Source: Candidatus Omnitrophota bacterium
Lineage (GTDB): Bacteria > Omnitrophota > Gorgyraeia > Zapsychrales > JANLHA01
Direction of reading: 5' to 3'
Length of the DNA: 52,143 nt
Assembly (NCBI GenBank): GCA_017995055.1
Contig: JAGOJP010000002.1
Coordinates: forward strand, 1 to 52,143
Below, piece after piece: positions 1-9,447 of the stretch; the stretch's first letter is position 1, and the number at the start of each line of letters is the position of its first letter. Both the position numbers and the translations under genes were made by a program. The notes under the pieces were generated by a model. It did not search any database. It worked only from the letters and a program-made list of their open reading frames with translations, and was not told where the DNA came from.

Positions 1-52
1 GGGTGGGCCTGGGATCATGGGGTACGCATTTGGAAACGGAAGTCCAGCCCAT
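1..52 (-). CDS. 5' end of an unidentified CDS that runs off the window
   Basis: ATG at 52..50 with GGGAGG 6 nt upstream on the minus strand, 28 nt after the stop of the preceding gene. Only 17 codons (MGWTSVSKCVPHDPRPT) are visible. Confidence 0.3.
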   Translation of the reverse strand, partial: MGWTSVSKCVPHDPRPT

Positions 53-80
53 AAAATCCCTCCCATCCCTCAAAAAACCG

Positions 81-1646
81 TCAATTCTCCAAGACCTCAT
101 AAATTTTGTACTCTGTCCCCTGCCCCCACACCAGCGCAACACTCACCTGGCATTGCCGGATATCTTCCAGAGTCATTTCCTGGGTATCAATATTAAACGG
201 AATGAGGACATCGTTCCGGCCGAGGGTCGAGAGAGGCACATCAGGCAGGTTCAATTCAGGCAGGATATATTTCTCTTTATAATCTTCAAAAATAAAATAC
301 CGGACGTTCAGGTTCCGGATTCTTCCGCACGCATCATTCTTTTCCCGCAGATAAAGATACGACGTCATATACCGCCGGGTTAAAAAACCCAGTTCCCGCG
401 GCTTCCCGAAAACAAACCTGTCTTCCGGGTGAGTATTGTTTTGTATCCAGGAAACCATACTCCTGGCATCCTTCTTATAAATCTGATCATGATCGTAGTC
501 AAAAACCGTGAGGACACTGATGATGTTATGGAAAACAAGAAAAACAATAATCCATCTCGCGATCCGGGGTAAATGCCAGGCTTTCAGGATCGCAGAACGG
601 CTGACCGTCCGCACCCCTTCCAGGGCGGAAAGGATCAAAAACCCGATGACAGGGTAGAAATACCGTGTCCCGCCGCTGAAATACCAGACAAGATTCCCCA
701 GAAGATAGACGGCGATAAAAGTTTCAATCAGCGTCAAAGTCCGTTTCCTGAGTTTATAGAGGAAGCCCAGGACCAGCCCCCCGAAAAAAACCGGCGTAAC
801 AATATTTATAGTCACATTCAACAGGCGGAAAAACCATAAAGCGAACGCTGTTTTACACGGGAAGAAAAAAATAGCGAGCGTTTTTATGACCTGCGGCATG
901 GCCTGACCGCTCATCAGCAGCCATTGGGGAACAGGGCGCGCGACTTCGTGATAATAATTCAGGCCGTCCGTCCCGAAGCCCTGCTGGATGACCCAAGACA
1001 GGCTCAGCCCCGCCAGGATAAAAATCACAGCCCGCCTTTCCGGTTTTCTCTGGGAAAAATAAATCAGCAGGGCAATAAACAAAGCAAGGCCTGCCCAGCG
1101 GACAAAAAAAGCAACGCACATCAGAAGTGTGCCCCCGGTCAGGCAAAGAAAAGCCGCGTGGGCTCTGTTATGTTGTCTGGCGTCCTCATAACGAAGCCAT
1201 AAAAAAATCGAGGCGGTTATGAAAAACAAAAAAGCCGGATCAGACATGATATCCTGTTTAAAAATAAAAAAATCCGGGGACGTCAGGAAAAGGACGGCGG
1301 GCCAAAACGCATCGTCTTCCCCCAGTCGCTTTCGCATGATCGCGTACAACACCCAAATAAATCCGAGGAAAAAAATGATATTCGGCAATTTGAGGATCCG
1401 GAAATTCAGGCCGCCATATTTCAACAAAGGGGTCAAAATCAGAGGGAACCCAGGAGGGGTGACGACACTTCTGCCTATATAATATGTGTGGGCATAATCC
1501 TTATGTTCAATAATATTCCGGGCATGGCCGAGATACTGGCCGAAATCCGCGCACCAGGTGTGCCCGTCCTGGAGGGTTGCCACATTGACGATGAGATAAA
1601 GGACAGATAAAACGACAAGACAAAACCTGGACTTCCTGGGCATCAT
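81..1646 (-). CDS. Polytopic GT-C-fold glycosyltransferase, ArnT/PMT-like (GT39/GT83 type)
   Basis: 521-aa ORF with many predicted TM helices followed by a soluble C-terminal part. The N-terminal loop/TM pattern resembles undecaprenyl- or dolichyl-phosphate-sugar transferases. Family call by eye only. Confidence 0.5.
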   Translation of the reverse strand: MMPRKSRFCLVVLSVLYLIVNVATLQDGHTWCADFGQYLGHARNIIEHKDYAHTYYIGRSVVTPPGFPLILTPLLKYGGLNFRILKLPNIIFFLGFIWVLYAIMRKRLGEDDAFWPAVLFLTSPDFFIFKQDIMSDPAFLFFITASIFLWLRYEDARQHNRAHAAFLCLTGGTLLMCVAFFVRWAGLALFIALLIYFSQRKPERRAVIFILAGLSLSWVIQQGFGTDGLNYYHEVARPVPQWLLMSGQAMPQVIKTLAIFFFPCKTAFALWFFRLLNVTINIVTPVFFGGLVLGFLYKLRKRTLTLIETFIAVYLLGNLVWYFSGGTRYFYPVIGFLILSALEGVRTVSRSAILKAWHLPRIARWIIVFLVFHNIISVLTVFDYDHDQIYKKDARSMVSWIQNNTHPEDRFVFGKPRELGFLTRRYMTSYLYLREKNDACGRIRNLNVRYFIFEDYKEKYILPELNLPDVPLSTLGRNDVLIPFNIDTQEMTLEDIRQCQVSVALVWGQGTEYKIYEVLEN

Positions 1647-1736
1647 TTCCGCGTCTCCCCGCCGAACTGCGCCGGCAAGATTTTATAATCATCCTCCGCC
1701 CATCCCCCTCGCCCCAGCCAAAAACGTCTCGGCGCC

Positions 1737-3776
1737 TCACGCCCTTTTTTGTTCAAGGCCCCGATAGGACAGGGCATACATCGCCATCGCCAAGATAAAC
1801 AAAAAACGGAATCCCGTCAACATGGAAAAATACTCGCAGCACCCCCCCATGATGGCCCCCAATAAATTGCTGGCAAAATCGCTCGAAACATTCTTGGAAT
1901 TCCGGAACGAACCGGCAAATATGATTCCGGCGAAGAAAATGGGCAAAGACAAAAGGCCAGAAGAGATGATAATAGCGAGGTGGCGATCCAGCCCCAGGAA
2001 AACCTCAGGCTTGAGCAGCCAATTCAAAAAAAGTGAAAACATAAGCCCAGCATACATCAGACGGGTGTTGATACTTCTGGCCCTTTCAACATAAAAAGTC
2101 GCAAACACAATCATAATCAATATCGATATAATAACGGCGGAGTTGACGATCCAGGTCGAGCCGAATAAAAGGGCGAACCGGGTAATACTGGTCGTCTCCA
2201 GCAGCATAAACCCCGAACCAAGGAAAAAGAAATGGTTGTTGAAATTTTTGACCGACACCGATTTAAAACAGACCACGCTCAAGACCGACAAAACAAGCAC
2301 AAAAAGAATAATGACAAGATAATGAGAAGGAATGCCTCTTTTCATCAAATATAAATACGGCCAGTCATCCCGGATAGCGTGCGCGGCTTTATCAAACCCG
2401 TCGTATTCTGTAAATCCAGGAGCATCAATGGGGCCCATCCCCTTCACGCCCGGCCCGGCCAGGAATATCGCCGTGTCGTTATCAACATAGGTCGACGCCC
2501 GGACGACCTTCAGGTCATCCTTAAACACGTCCTTGAGGGCCACATATAATTTGGCCGCAACCCATTCCTTAAACACATAGTATGTCAGGGACAAGACACC
2601 GTCCGGGGCGAGGCGGCTTTGAATGTCTTGGAAACTTTCCTGGGTGTAAACGAAATTATCCAGCCGGACGCTCGAAAACTGGGACAACACCTTATGCGCG
2701 TCCAGATAACCGAAGGTGATTAAATCAAACTTGTCATCCGTCTTTTTTATAAAAGACCTCGCGTCATCGACAACCACGCGAACGCGTTCAGACCGGTACG
2801 GCTTCTCCGGATGCAGACGCGACCCCAATCCGGCGATGAAAGGGTCAATCTCGACCGCAGCGATCGCCTGGCTGTCCATGCGCAGGGCGGCTGAGGCGTC
2901 ATTCCCGGAACCGGCGCCTAAAATCAACACTTTCCGCGGATGAAAAAGTTTATATGGGAATTCATAAATTTCTTTATAGCGGCTGAGGCCCGGGGATTCC
3001 TTCAGGGCCTCGTCCGATAAATCAAACGCGTTTTGATGAAACATGTTATTAGCGGCAATCTCGTACCCGATGATTTTCTGCAGGCGCTGTGACATAATAG
3101 GCTGCATATCAATTTTATAATACGGCGACCAATAGGCCCCCTTTCCCAAAGGAGGGACAACAAAAAGGATAGCGGCAACAATCAACACCTGCAACGCCAG
3201 CCGTCTTACCGAAGACCGGTAAAACCACAGGGTGAGAGATAACCCCAATAAAAACCAATACACCGGATCCATCATCCGGTAAGACAAAAAGGAAAAAGCC
3301 GCTGTTCCTAGAATACTGCCCAGGATATTGATCGTATAAGCGACAAGCGGTTTAAAGTCCTTGAGGCACCGGCCCAGCTTCTGCCCCGGCGGGACAAAAA
3401 GCAGCGTATTGAAAACAAAAACAATAAGAACAACAAGCAGGAAATTCACTTTCCCTTCGTAAAATCCCAGCAAATGCTCTGTCTGCAGGAATGCGGCATT
3501 AACCTCAACATTATGAAACAGGAAGGCCAACCCGACATAGGCCAGCATGCTCAAGGGGAAAAAATTCATAAGGTCGTATTTATGCTCGGAAAGCATACAG
3601 CCGATCCCCATGCCCAGAAAGGCCGAAATGAGAACAATATTCGTGAAATACGCGATAATCTGAATACTGGAAGGGATCCAGCGGATAAGCAAAATTTCAA
3701 AGAATAAACTGATGAAACTGATCAAAAAAAGCTCTACCATTTTAGAGAAACCCGATTGGGGGGTCGTGCCGACCAT
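1737..3776 (-). CDS. Membrane-embedded spermidine/spermine-synthase-like SAM-dependent transferase
   Basis: 679-aa ORF. A central soluble domain carries the SAM-binding motif VLILGAGSGNDASAAL and DLITFGYLDAH, flanked by N- and C-terminal multi-TM blocks. The true start may be the internal MVELFL. Confidence 0.6.
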   Translation of the reverse strand: MVGTTPQSGFSKMVELFLISFISLFFEILLIRWIPSSIQIIAYFTNIVLISAFLGMGIGCMLSEHKYDLMNFFPLSMLAYVGLAFLFHNVEVNAAFLQTEHLLGFYEGKVNFLLVVLIVFVFNTLLFVPPGQKLGRCLKDFKPLVAYTINILGSILGTAAFSFLSYRMMDPVYWFLLGLSLTLWFYRSSVRRLALQVLIVAAILFVVPPLGKGAYWSPYYKIDMQPIMSQRLQKIIGYEIAANNMFHQNAFDLSDEALKESPGLSRYKEIYEFPYKLFHPRKVLILGAGSGNDASAALRMDSQAIAAVEIDPFIAGLGSRLHPEKPYRSERVRVVVDDARSFIKKTDDKFDLITFGYLDAHKVLSQFSSVRLDNFVYTQESFQDIQSRLAPDGVLSLTYYVFKEWVAAKLYVALKDVFKDDLKVVRASTYVDNDTAIFLAGPGVKGMGPIDAPGFTEYDGFDKAAHAIRDDWPYLYLMKRGIPSHYLVIILFVLVLSVLSVVCFKSVSVKNFNNHFFFLGSGFMLLETTSITRFALLFGSTWIVNSAVIISILIMIVFATFYVERARSINTRLMYAGLMFSLFLNWLLKPEVFLGLDRHLAIIISSGLLSLPIFFAGIIFAGSFRNSKNVSSDFASNLLGAIMGGCCEYFSMLTGFRFLFILAMAMYALSYRGLEQKRA

Positions 3777-4015
3777 GAAGTCTCCTTTTTTCGTTGTTTT
3801 TCCCTTGCCGTTGCTACAAGTCTATGAATCCGGGCTTTCAGAATTTATATTAAAGTACTATTGTATTATTTTACACTCATATTCACAAGGCAATTTCTTT
3901 AAAGATCAGCCACACGCATCTACCATCCCGGGCCATCGGGCCCGGATTGATACTCCATGATTCCGGCCCCCCGGAACCACCCTTGAAGTCTATGATCTCT
4001 TTTACCAATAAACAC

Positions 4016-4046
4016 AAAAAAAGCACTCCTCAGAGTGCTTTTTTAT
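4016..4046. terminator. Bidirectional intrinsic terminator downstream of the hydrogenase-like operon
   Basis: AAAAAAAGCACTC-CTCA-GAGTGCTTTTTTA: a 7-bp GC-containing stem extended by A/T runs on both sides, 36 nt after the stop at 4082. Confidence 0.6.
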
Positions 4047-4081
4047 CGGAATCCCACATCTTCTTTATGCCCGGTGTTCCA

Positions 4082-4861
4082 TTACCTTCCCTGTTTCCCG
4101 CCCAAACGTTCTCGGCCCATAATTTTTAAAAGGCCATCCAATATTGTCAACGGGTGCGGCGGACATCCCGGGACATAGAGGTCGACCGGGATCACAGAAT
4201 CAGCGCCGTTCTTGACCTCCTCATGCCCCGAGAAAGGCCCCCCGGAGATCGCACACGCGCCAACGGCAATAACAAGCTTGGGCGGCGGCACGGCCTGATA
4301 GGTTTTCTCCAACGCCAGACGCATGTTGTCCGTGACCGGCCCGGTGACAAGAATCCCGTCCGCGTGGCGAGGCGAAGCGACGAACTGAATGCCAAACCGG
4401 GCCAAATCATAACTTAAGGTGGCTAAAACATTCGTGTCAGCCTCGCAGGCGTTGCACCCGCCCGCGCTGACCTGGCGCAGTTTAAGCGACCGGCCAAAAA
4501 TATTTTTTATCCTTAAAGGAACGGCCTGTTCAGGCTGGCGTGACGAAAAAGGTAAAACAAGAGATTCCCTTTCCCGCTCTGCCAGACGGTAGTTCCGGGT
4601 AAATGTCACCATCCGGCCCGGACAGGCACGCTGGCATTCTCCGCAAAAAAGGCATTTTCCCAAATCAAGGCTGGGGGCAGCCGCCGACCCCGCGATCGCG
4701 CCCACCGGGCAGACCGCCCGGCATTCCGCATAATCTTCTGCAGAAACCTGCGGGGCAATATTCGGGCGGCCTAAAAACCTTTGCGGCAACGTCTCCTCTT
4801 TAACCGGAAACGGCATAGTCCGGTACCCCTGCTTGAACCTTGCGCATAATGTCTTAAGCAT
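4082..4861 (-). CDS. Hydrogenase-like complex small subunit: ferredoxin-like (HyfH/HycF-type) domain fused to a NuoB/HycG/HyfI-type domain
   Basis: N-terminal CRAVCP ... CLFCGECQRACP motifs. C-terminal GGCNACE ... GACAISGG ... PGCPPHP matches the four-Cys proximal-cluster pattern of NuoB/HycG. Confidence 0.8.
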   Translation of the reverse strand: MLKTLCARFKQGYRTMPFPVKEETLPQRFLGRPNIAPQVSAEDYAECRAVCPVGAIAGSAAAPSLDLGKCLFCGECQRACPGRMVTFTRNYRLAERERESLVLPFSSRQPEQAVPLRIKNIFGRSLKLRQVSAGGCNACEADTNVLATLSYDLARFGIQFVASPRHADGILVTGPVTDNMRLALEKTYQAVPPPKLVIAVGACAISGGPFSGHEEVKNGADSVIPVDLYVPGCPPHPLTILDGLLKIMGRERLGGKQGR

Positions 4862-4878
4862 GGCAACTCCTGCCCTCC

Positions 4879-6393
4879 TTATAAATCATGGCCGCAGTAC
4901 GATAAATTAAAGCTTTTGTTACATAGCGGGAAATCAGAAATTTCCTCCCCCCGCAGAGCCATCGCCAACCCCATCCAGTTATGAAATGATGGATCCACGA
5001 TCTTATACCGCCGGATTCTCCCGTCCTGCCCGGTCAGGGCGGTATGGCAAATCTCCCCCCGCCAGCCTTCCACCAGCGAAACGACCATGCCATCATGCTG
5101 CAGGGACGGCACGCGCACGGAAATCTTCCCGGCCGGCAAATTATTTAACTGATCCAGGATAAATTCCACGGACCGCTGTATCTCAAGCCACCTCACAAAG
5201 GCACGGGCGAACACATCCCCGGAGGCGCATGTGGACACAGGAATCTGAAAAAACTGGGAAGCCCCTGCCGGGAAATCAAAACGGACATCCCGCTCAATGC
5301 CGCAGGCCCGGGCCGCGACACCGACCAGGCCCAGGTCCCAAGCCGTCCGGGGCGCAACCACGCCGGTTTCGTCAAACCTGTCTATAACCAAAGAGGAATC
5401 CCAGATCAAAGAAATCGCATTCTGCACGTCGGCGAAAACCTTGGTCAAACGCCTCTTCACTTCCGTGATGATGGCGTCGTCCATATCGTAGCTGACCCCG
5501 CCGGGCCGGATCATATTGCGGCCAAAACGGTTTCCGCAAATCAAGGCGGTCATGTTCAAAAAATCCCCCCGGAGCCGGCCGCAGTAGGAAGATGTCGGTA
5601 AATAGCCAACATCGCCCGCCATCGCGCCCAGGTCGCCCGTATGATTCGCCAACCGCTCCAGTTCAAGCATGACGGCCCGAATCATGGCGGCCCTTAAAGG
5701 CACTTCGCATCCCGAAAGCCCTTCGATGGCCTGGCAATACGCCAGAGCATGTCCCACCGTGGTGTCTCCGGCCGCTGTTTCCATATAATGGATGGTCCGT
5801 TGATCAGGCCCGCCGATCAAGGCTTTCTCAATGCCGCGATGCTGATAACCCAGGGAAATCTCCAAATGAAACACCTGCTCCCCGTGGCATTGAAACCGGA
5901 AATGCCCCGGCTCAATGATCCCCGCGTGCACGGGCCCCACAGCGACTTCATGAATTTCCTCTCCGTGAATTTTCAAAAAATCCATCTCGGAAGGCACACG
6001 CTCCGCCGTTTCGTACCGTCCTCCCTCCCCCTGCTTCCACGTCGCATGAAACCGGATTGGCTTAAGCCACGGATGTCCTTCAGGCCGGAGCCCCCACTGC
6101 TCAAAAAGCTCCCGCTCAAACCAATGGACCTGCGGGATGGGAACCGTCAAAGAGGCATAAGAATCTTTAACAGACGTGATAAACGGTTTTAAATATCCGT
6201 CCTTATCATACGCCAATATCATCACAAGGGTGATTGTTCTGCTGTCTTGCGGGTACCCGAAAAACGAAGCGACTCTCGCGCCATTCTGAATTTCCTCAAT
6301 CACACGACGGCGGAAATCCTCAAACGGCAACAGAGGGACATCCGTCACGGACTGAGCCCGGCCGTTATATATTTTCAAAAAATAATCCGGCAT
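4879..6393 (-). CDS. Hydrogenase-like complex large subunit (NuoC+NuoD fusion, HycE/HyfG-like) apparently lacking NiFe ligands
   Basis: HRGIEK, ELERLANH and GPVHAGIIEPGHFRF motifs are typical of HycE/NuoD. The ORF-track start is 6444. I moved it to the ATG at 6393 (MPDYFLKIY), which forms a TGATG stop/start overlap with the upstream gene and follows GGAGGA. Confidence 0.8.
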   Translation of the reverse strand: MPDYFLKIYNGRAQSVTDVPLLPFEDFRRRVIEEIQNGARVASFFGYPQDSRTITLVMILAYDKDGYLKPFITSVKDSYASLTVPIPQVHWFERELFEQWGLRPEGHPWLKPIRFHATWKQGEGGRYETAERVPSEMDFLKIHGEEIHEVAVGPVHAGIIEPGHFRFQCHGEQVFHLEISLGYQHRGIEKALIGGPDQRTIHYMETAAGDTTVGHALAYCQAIEGLSGCEVPLRAAMIRAVMLELERLANHTGDLGAMAGDVGYLPTSSYCGRLRGDFLNMTALICGNRFGRNMIRPGGVSYDMDDAIITEVKRRLTKVFADVQNAISLIWDSSLVIDRFDETGVVAPRTAWDLGLVGVAARACGIERDVRFDFPAGASQFFQIPVSTCASGDVFARAFVRWLEIQRSVEFILDQLNNLPAGKISVRVPSLQHDGMVVSLVEGWRGEICHTALTGQDGRIRRYKIVDPSFHNWMGLAMALRGEEISDFPLCNKSFNLSYCGHDL

Positions 6394-7871
6394 CAGAATC
6401 CTCCCAATTCCCGGGCTACCCCTTCCAAGACGAGCCGCAGCCAAGACGGGAAATAAACACCCAACACCATCACTAGAATAAAAAATAACGCCGGGACGCC
6501 TGTCCGCCCCCCCAGGGCTCGATGGCCGTCGTCATCCCGGCTGCCTTTTTGGCCGGAAACGCCCAGGGTCATCATCATGAATATCCGGGCCATGCCGATA
6601 AAAATAATCGCGAGCATAGCCAGGAAGATGCTGGCAGCCCCGTACCGGCCCTGCGATAAAATTTCTTTTAAAATAATAAATTTACCTAAAAAAATCCCGG
6701 ACGGCGGCGTCCCTGTAATTAATAAAAAACCGGCCATCCACAGGACCCCTGACCAACGCGTTTTCCCGGACAGGATCCCCTGGATTTCAGATATCTTCTT
6801 TGTTCCAAAATGCGATAATATATTTCCGGCGACAAAAAACAATCCCGCCTTCGTCAAAGAGTGGCCCAGCATATTAACCAGCGCGCCAAAAACAGCATTG
6901 TGCCCCAGGCCCACCCCTAGCGTTATGATCCCCATATGTTCCACGCTCGAATAGGCTAGCATCCTCTTATAATCCTTTTGTCCCAAAATAAAAACAGCCG
7001 CAAAAACAAGAGACACAAGTCCAAAAACAACGAAAATATCCTGGCAATAAGACTGAATCCCTGCCGCCACGCACACCTGATATCCGCGCAGGATGCCCAA
7101 AAACGCGCAATTCAGGAGAGCGCCGGAAAGGAGCGCGGAAATGACCGAGGGCGCTTCACTATGCGCGTCAGGAAGCCATGTGTGAAAAGGCGCCAAGCCC
7201 ATTTTTGTCCCGTAGCCGACAAACAGAAGAAGAAACGCCGCTTTCAACCACGGGATATGAATAGCTCCGGCGTTTACGATCATCAGTCTCAAAATCATTT
7301 CCCCCTGGTGGTTGTAGGCCACGGCCAGGAAGAAAACACCCAGCAGGGCCACGGCTATTCCGACCGAGCAGATTAAAAGATATTTCCAGGTCGCTTCCAG
7401 GGACCGTTTGGTCCGGTGAAAATATATCAAAGGAGCGCTGGCCAGCGTCGTCGCCTCAATCCCGACCCATAAAACCGCCAGATGCTGGCTGGCGATAACA
7501 ACGGTCATTGTCGAAAGGAATAATAAAAAACATCCGCTAAAAACCGCTTCATGAGAAAAAAACCGGCGTTTTCCCTTCTCTTCCCCGGAGGATCGGCTTT
7601 CCGCGGCTAAATACTGGATTCCATAGAGAGCCGCGCCAAAAAACAACAGGCTGGTTATGAGCAAAAACACCAGCCCCGTGCTGTCAAAAACAAACCATCC
7701 CTCCCCCTGCGGCCCGCCCCATGTTCCCCACGCCGCACACGCCAGGGCCAGGTGAAGACTGGAACAAAGAATGATCAGAACCCGGCGCAGGAAATCATTC
7801 CGGATTAAGAAAGAAATCAGCCCTAAACATAAAGGAATGGTGATCAACAACAAGGTTATCATAGTCAGCAT
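6393..7871 (-). CDS. Antiporter-like membrane subunit (HyfF/HyfD, NuoN/NuoM family)
   Basis: 492 aa, polytopic, with WLPDAHSEAPSVISALLSGALLN and a YSSVEHMG-type motif characteristic of the Mrp/NuoLMN antiporter-like family. Confidence 0.8.
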   Translation of the reverse strand: MLTMITLLLITIPLCLGLISFLIRNDFLRRVLIILCSSLHLALACAAWGTWGGPQGEGWFVFDSTGLVFLLITSLLFFGAALYGIQYLAAESRSSGEEKGKRRFFSHEAVFSGCFLLFLSTMTVVIASQHLAVLWVGIEATTLASAPLIYFHRTKRSLEATWKYLLICSVGIAVALLGVFFLAVAYNHQGEMILRLMIVNAGAIHIPWLKAAFLLLFVGYGTKMGLAPFHTWLPDAHSEAPSVISALLSGALLNCAFLGILRGYQVCVAAGIQSYCQDIFVVFGLVSLVFAAVFILGQKDYKRMLAYSSVEHMGIITLGVGLGHNAVFGALVNMLGHSLTKAGLFFVAGNILSHFGTKKISEIQGILSGKTRWSGVLWMAGFLLITGTPPSGIFLGKFIILKEILSQGRYGAASIFLAMLAIIFIGMARIFMMMTLGVSGQKGSRDDDGHRALGGRTGVPALFFILVMVLGVYFPSWLRLVLEGVARELGGF

Positions 7872-7873
7872 GC

Positions 7874-8533
7874 CTATTTTGAAATAACAATATCTTTCAG
7901 TTCCGTTAATTTTTGCGTATCAATATGGTCGAATTGCCGGCTGATATGGAAAATCGTAATCCCCATAACAAACACAGCTACAAAAATATCCAGCAGTATG
8001 GCCAACTCGACCAGCAAAGATTGCCCCCCTAAAAAAACGGCACCGAAAAGATAGATGCCGTTTTCCAGAATCAGGTACCCGATCACCTGACTAATCGCCT
8101 TCATCCGGCTAATAATTAAAAAGACCCCGGTAAAAAACGTGGCGAAAGATACCGGCGCGGCCAGAGTGGACACAAGCGGGCCAGTATGCAGCAACCGCCG
8201 GCTGAGCCAAAAGCCCATCGCGAACATAACAACGCCCATCAACAGCGAAAAAGGATATCCGCCGATCGGTTCAACCTCTTTCCGGATACCGGCTTCCTGC
8301 AACGCGCGGAACAGCAGCCAGGGGAACACGATCCCTTTGAGAATAACGCTGAAAAAAGACGCAATTATGGGGCCGGACGCTGCGTGATGAAGTTCAATCA
8401 CAACCGGCAAAACGCCTACCAGGACCCCCTGAACAGCGGCGATCTGTATGCAGCTTCGGATACGGCTTGACGAAAGCATCATCAGGTTCAACAGCAGAAC
8501 CGCCACAATCATAAAATCAACCCATGTGTTCAT
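7874..8533 (-). CDS. Small polytopic membrane subunit, HyfE-like
   Basis: 219 aa with about 7 TM helices. Size and position between the NuoH-like and NuoN-like genes match hyfE. Only a 2-nt gap to the next gene. Confidence 0.6.
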   Translation of the reverse strand: MNTWVDFMIVAVLLLNLMMLSSSRIRSCIQIAAVQGVLVGVLPVVIELHHAASGPIIASFFSVILKGIVFPWLLFRALQEAGIRKEVEPIGGYPFSLLMGVVMFAMGFWLSRRLLHTGPLVSTLAAPVSFATFFTGVFLIISRMKAISQVIGYLILENGIYLFGAVFLGGQSLLVELAILLDIFVAVFVMGITIFHISRQFDHIDTQKLTELKDIVISK

Positions 8534-9445
8534 CTAAACCCTCACGGTCAGGATTAAAGCCACGGCGGATAATGCCAAGGCAATGATTAAAAAATGCGGC
8601 ACTTTTAACAACCGCAAACGCGCCAGGGTTGATTCCACAACCCCGACGATAACCGCAAGCAAGACCATCGTCAGGACAAAAAGAACGCTGTCTATCATCC
8701 ACCCGCGGGAAAAAGTCCCCAAAAACATCCCGGCCAGCAATGTTCCTAAAAGCCAAAATTTTATAGCGGCCGCGTAAAGAATATACGCCAAATCAACCCC
8801 GCCATGATCCAGAACCATAACCTCGTGAATCATGGTCAACTCCAGATGCGTGTTCGGATCGTCAACCGGGATCCGGCAATTTTCCGCCAAAAAAATAATA
8901 AAGAGCGCTCCCAGGACTAAAAAAACCACCGGCCCGTACACAGACCAGGAATTCATAACCTCAGGGGAAAATATGCCGGAAAACGATAACCGCCCCGTAA
9001 CACGCGCTAAAGCCGCAAGGCTTAAAAACAACGCCGGCTCCGCAAACAGGGCAAACTGGACCTCCCGGCTGGCGCCCATGCCTTCAAAACTCGAGCCTGT
9101 ATCCAGGGCTGCGAGAACAGTAAAAAAACGCGCGAGCCCTAACAAATAAATAAACAAAATGATATCGCCGTCAAATTGAATCAACGATGGGTGTCCGGCA
9201 AAAGGGACCAAGCATGCGGCCGCTATCAGAGCGCTGAGACTGACCATAGGCCCCGCGATGAACACCCCTGTTGTTGTCCTGCTATAAACAGCCCCCTTTT
9301 GCAGCAATTTAAAAATATCATAATACGGTTGCAGAAGCGGGCTTCCGTGACGCCCGGCGAAAAAAGCTTTTGTCCGGTTAATCACCCCGAAAAGGAATGG
9401 CGCAAACGCCAGGACGATGGTCAATTGAATTATCTTGATCGGCAT
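8534..9445 (-). CDS. NuoH/HycD/HyfC-like membrane subunit
   Basis: 303 aa, polytopic, with the ENCRIPVDDPNTHLELTM(I)HE motif typical of HycD/HyfC. Abuts both neighbouring genes. Confidence 0.8.
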   Translation of the reverse strand: MPIKIIQLTIVLAFAPFLFGVINRTKAFFAGRHGSPLLQPYYDIFKLLQKGAVYSRTTTGVFIAGPMVSLSALIAAACLVPFAGHPSLIQFDGDIILFIYLLGLARFFTVLAALDTGSSFEGMGASREVQFALFAEPALFLSLAALARVTGRLSFSGIFSPEVMNSWSVYGPVVFLVLGALFIIFLAENCRIPVDDPNTHLELTMIHEVMVLDHGGVDLAYILYAAAIKFWLLGTLLAGMFLGTFSRGWMIDSVLFVLTMVLLAVIVGVVESTLARLRLLKVPHFLIIALALSAVALILTVRV

Positions 9446-9447
9446 TT

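Noticed and set aside
3-383. 126-aa plus-strand ORF at the window start.
   Set aside because: It is antisense to the C-terminal domain of the glycosyltransferase gene and to the RBS-supported start of the next minus-strand gene, and has no independent support.
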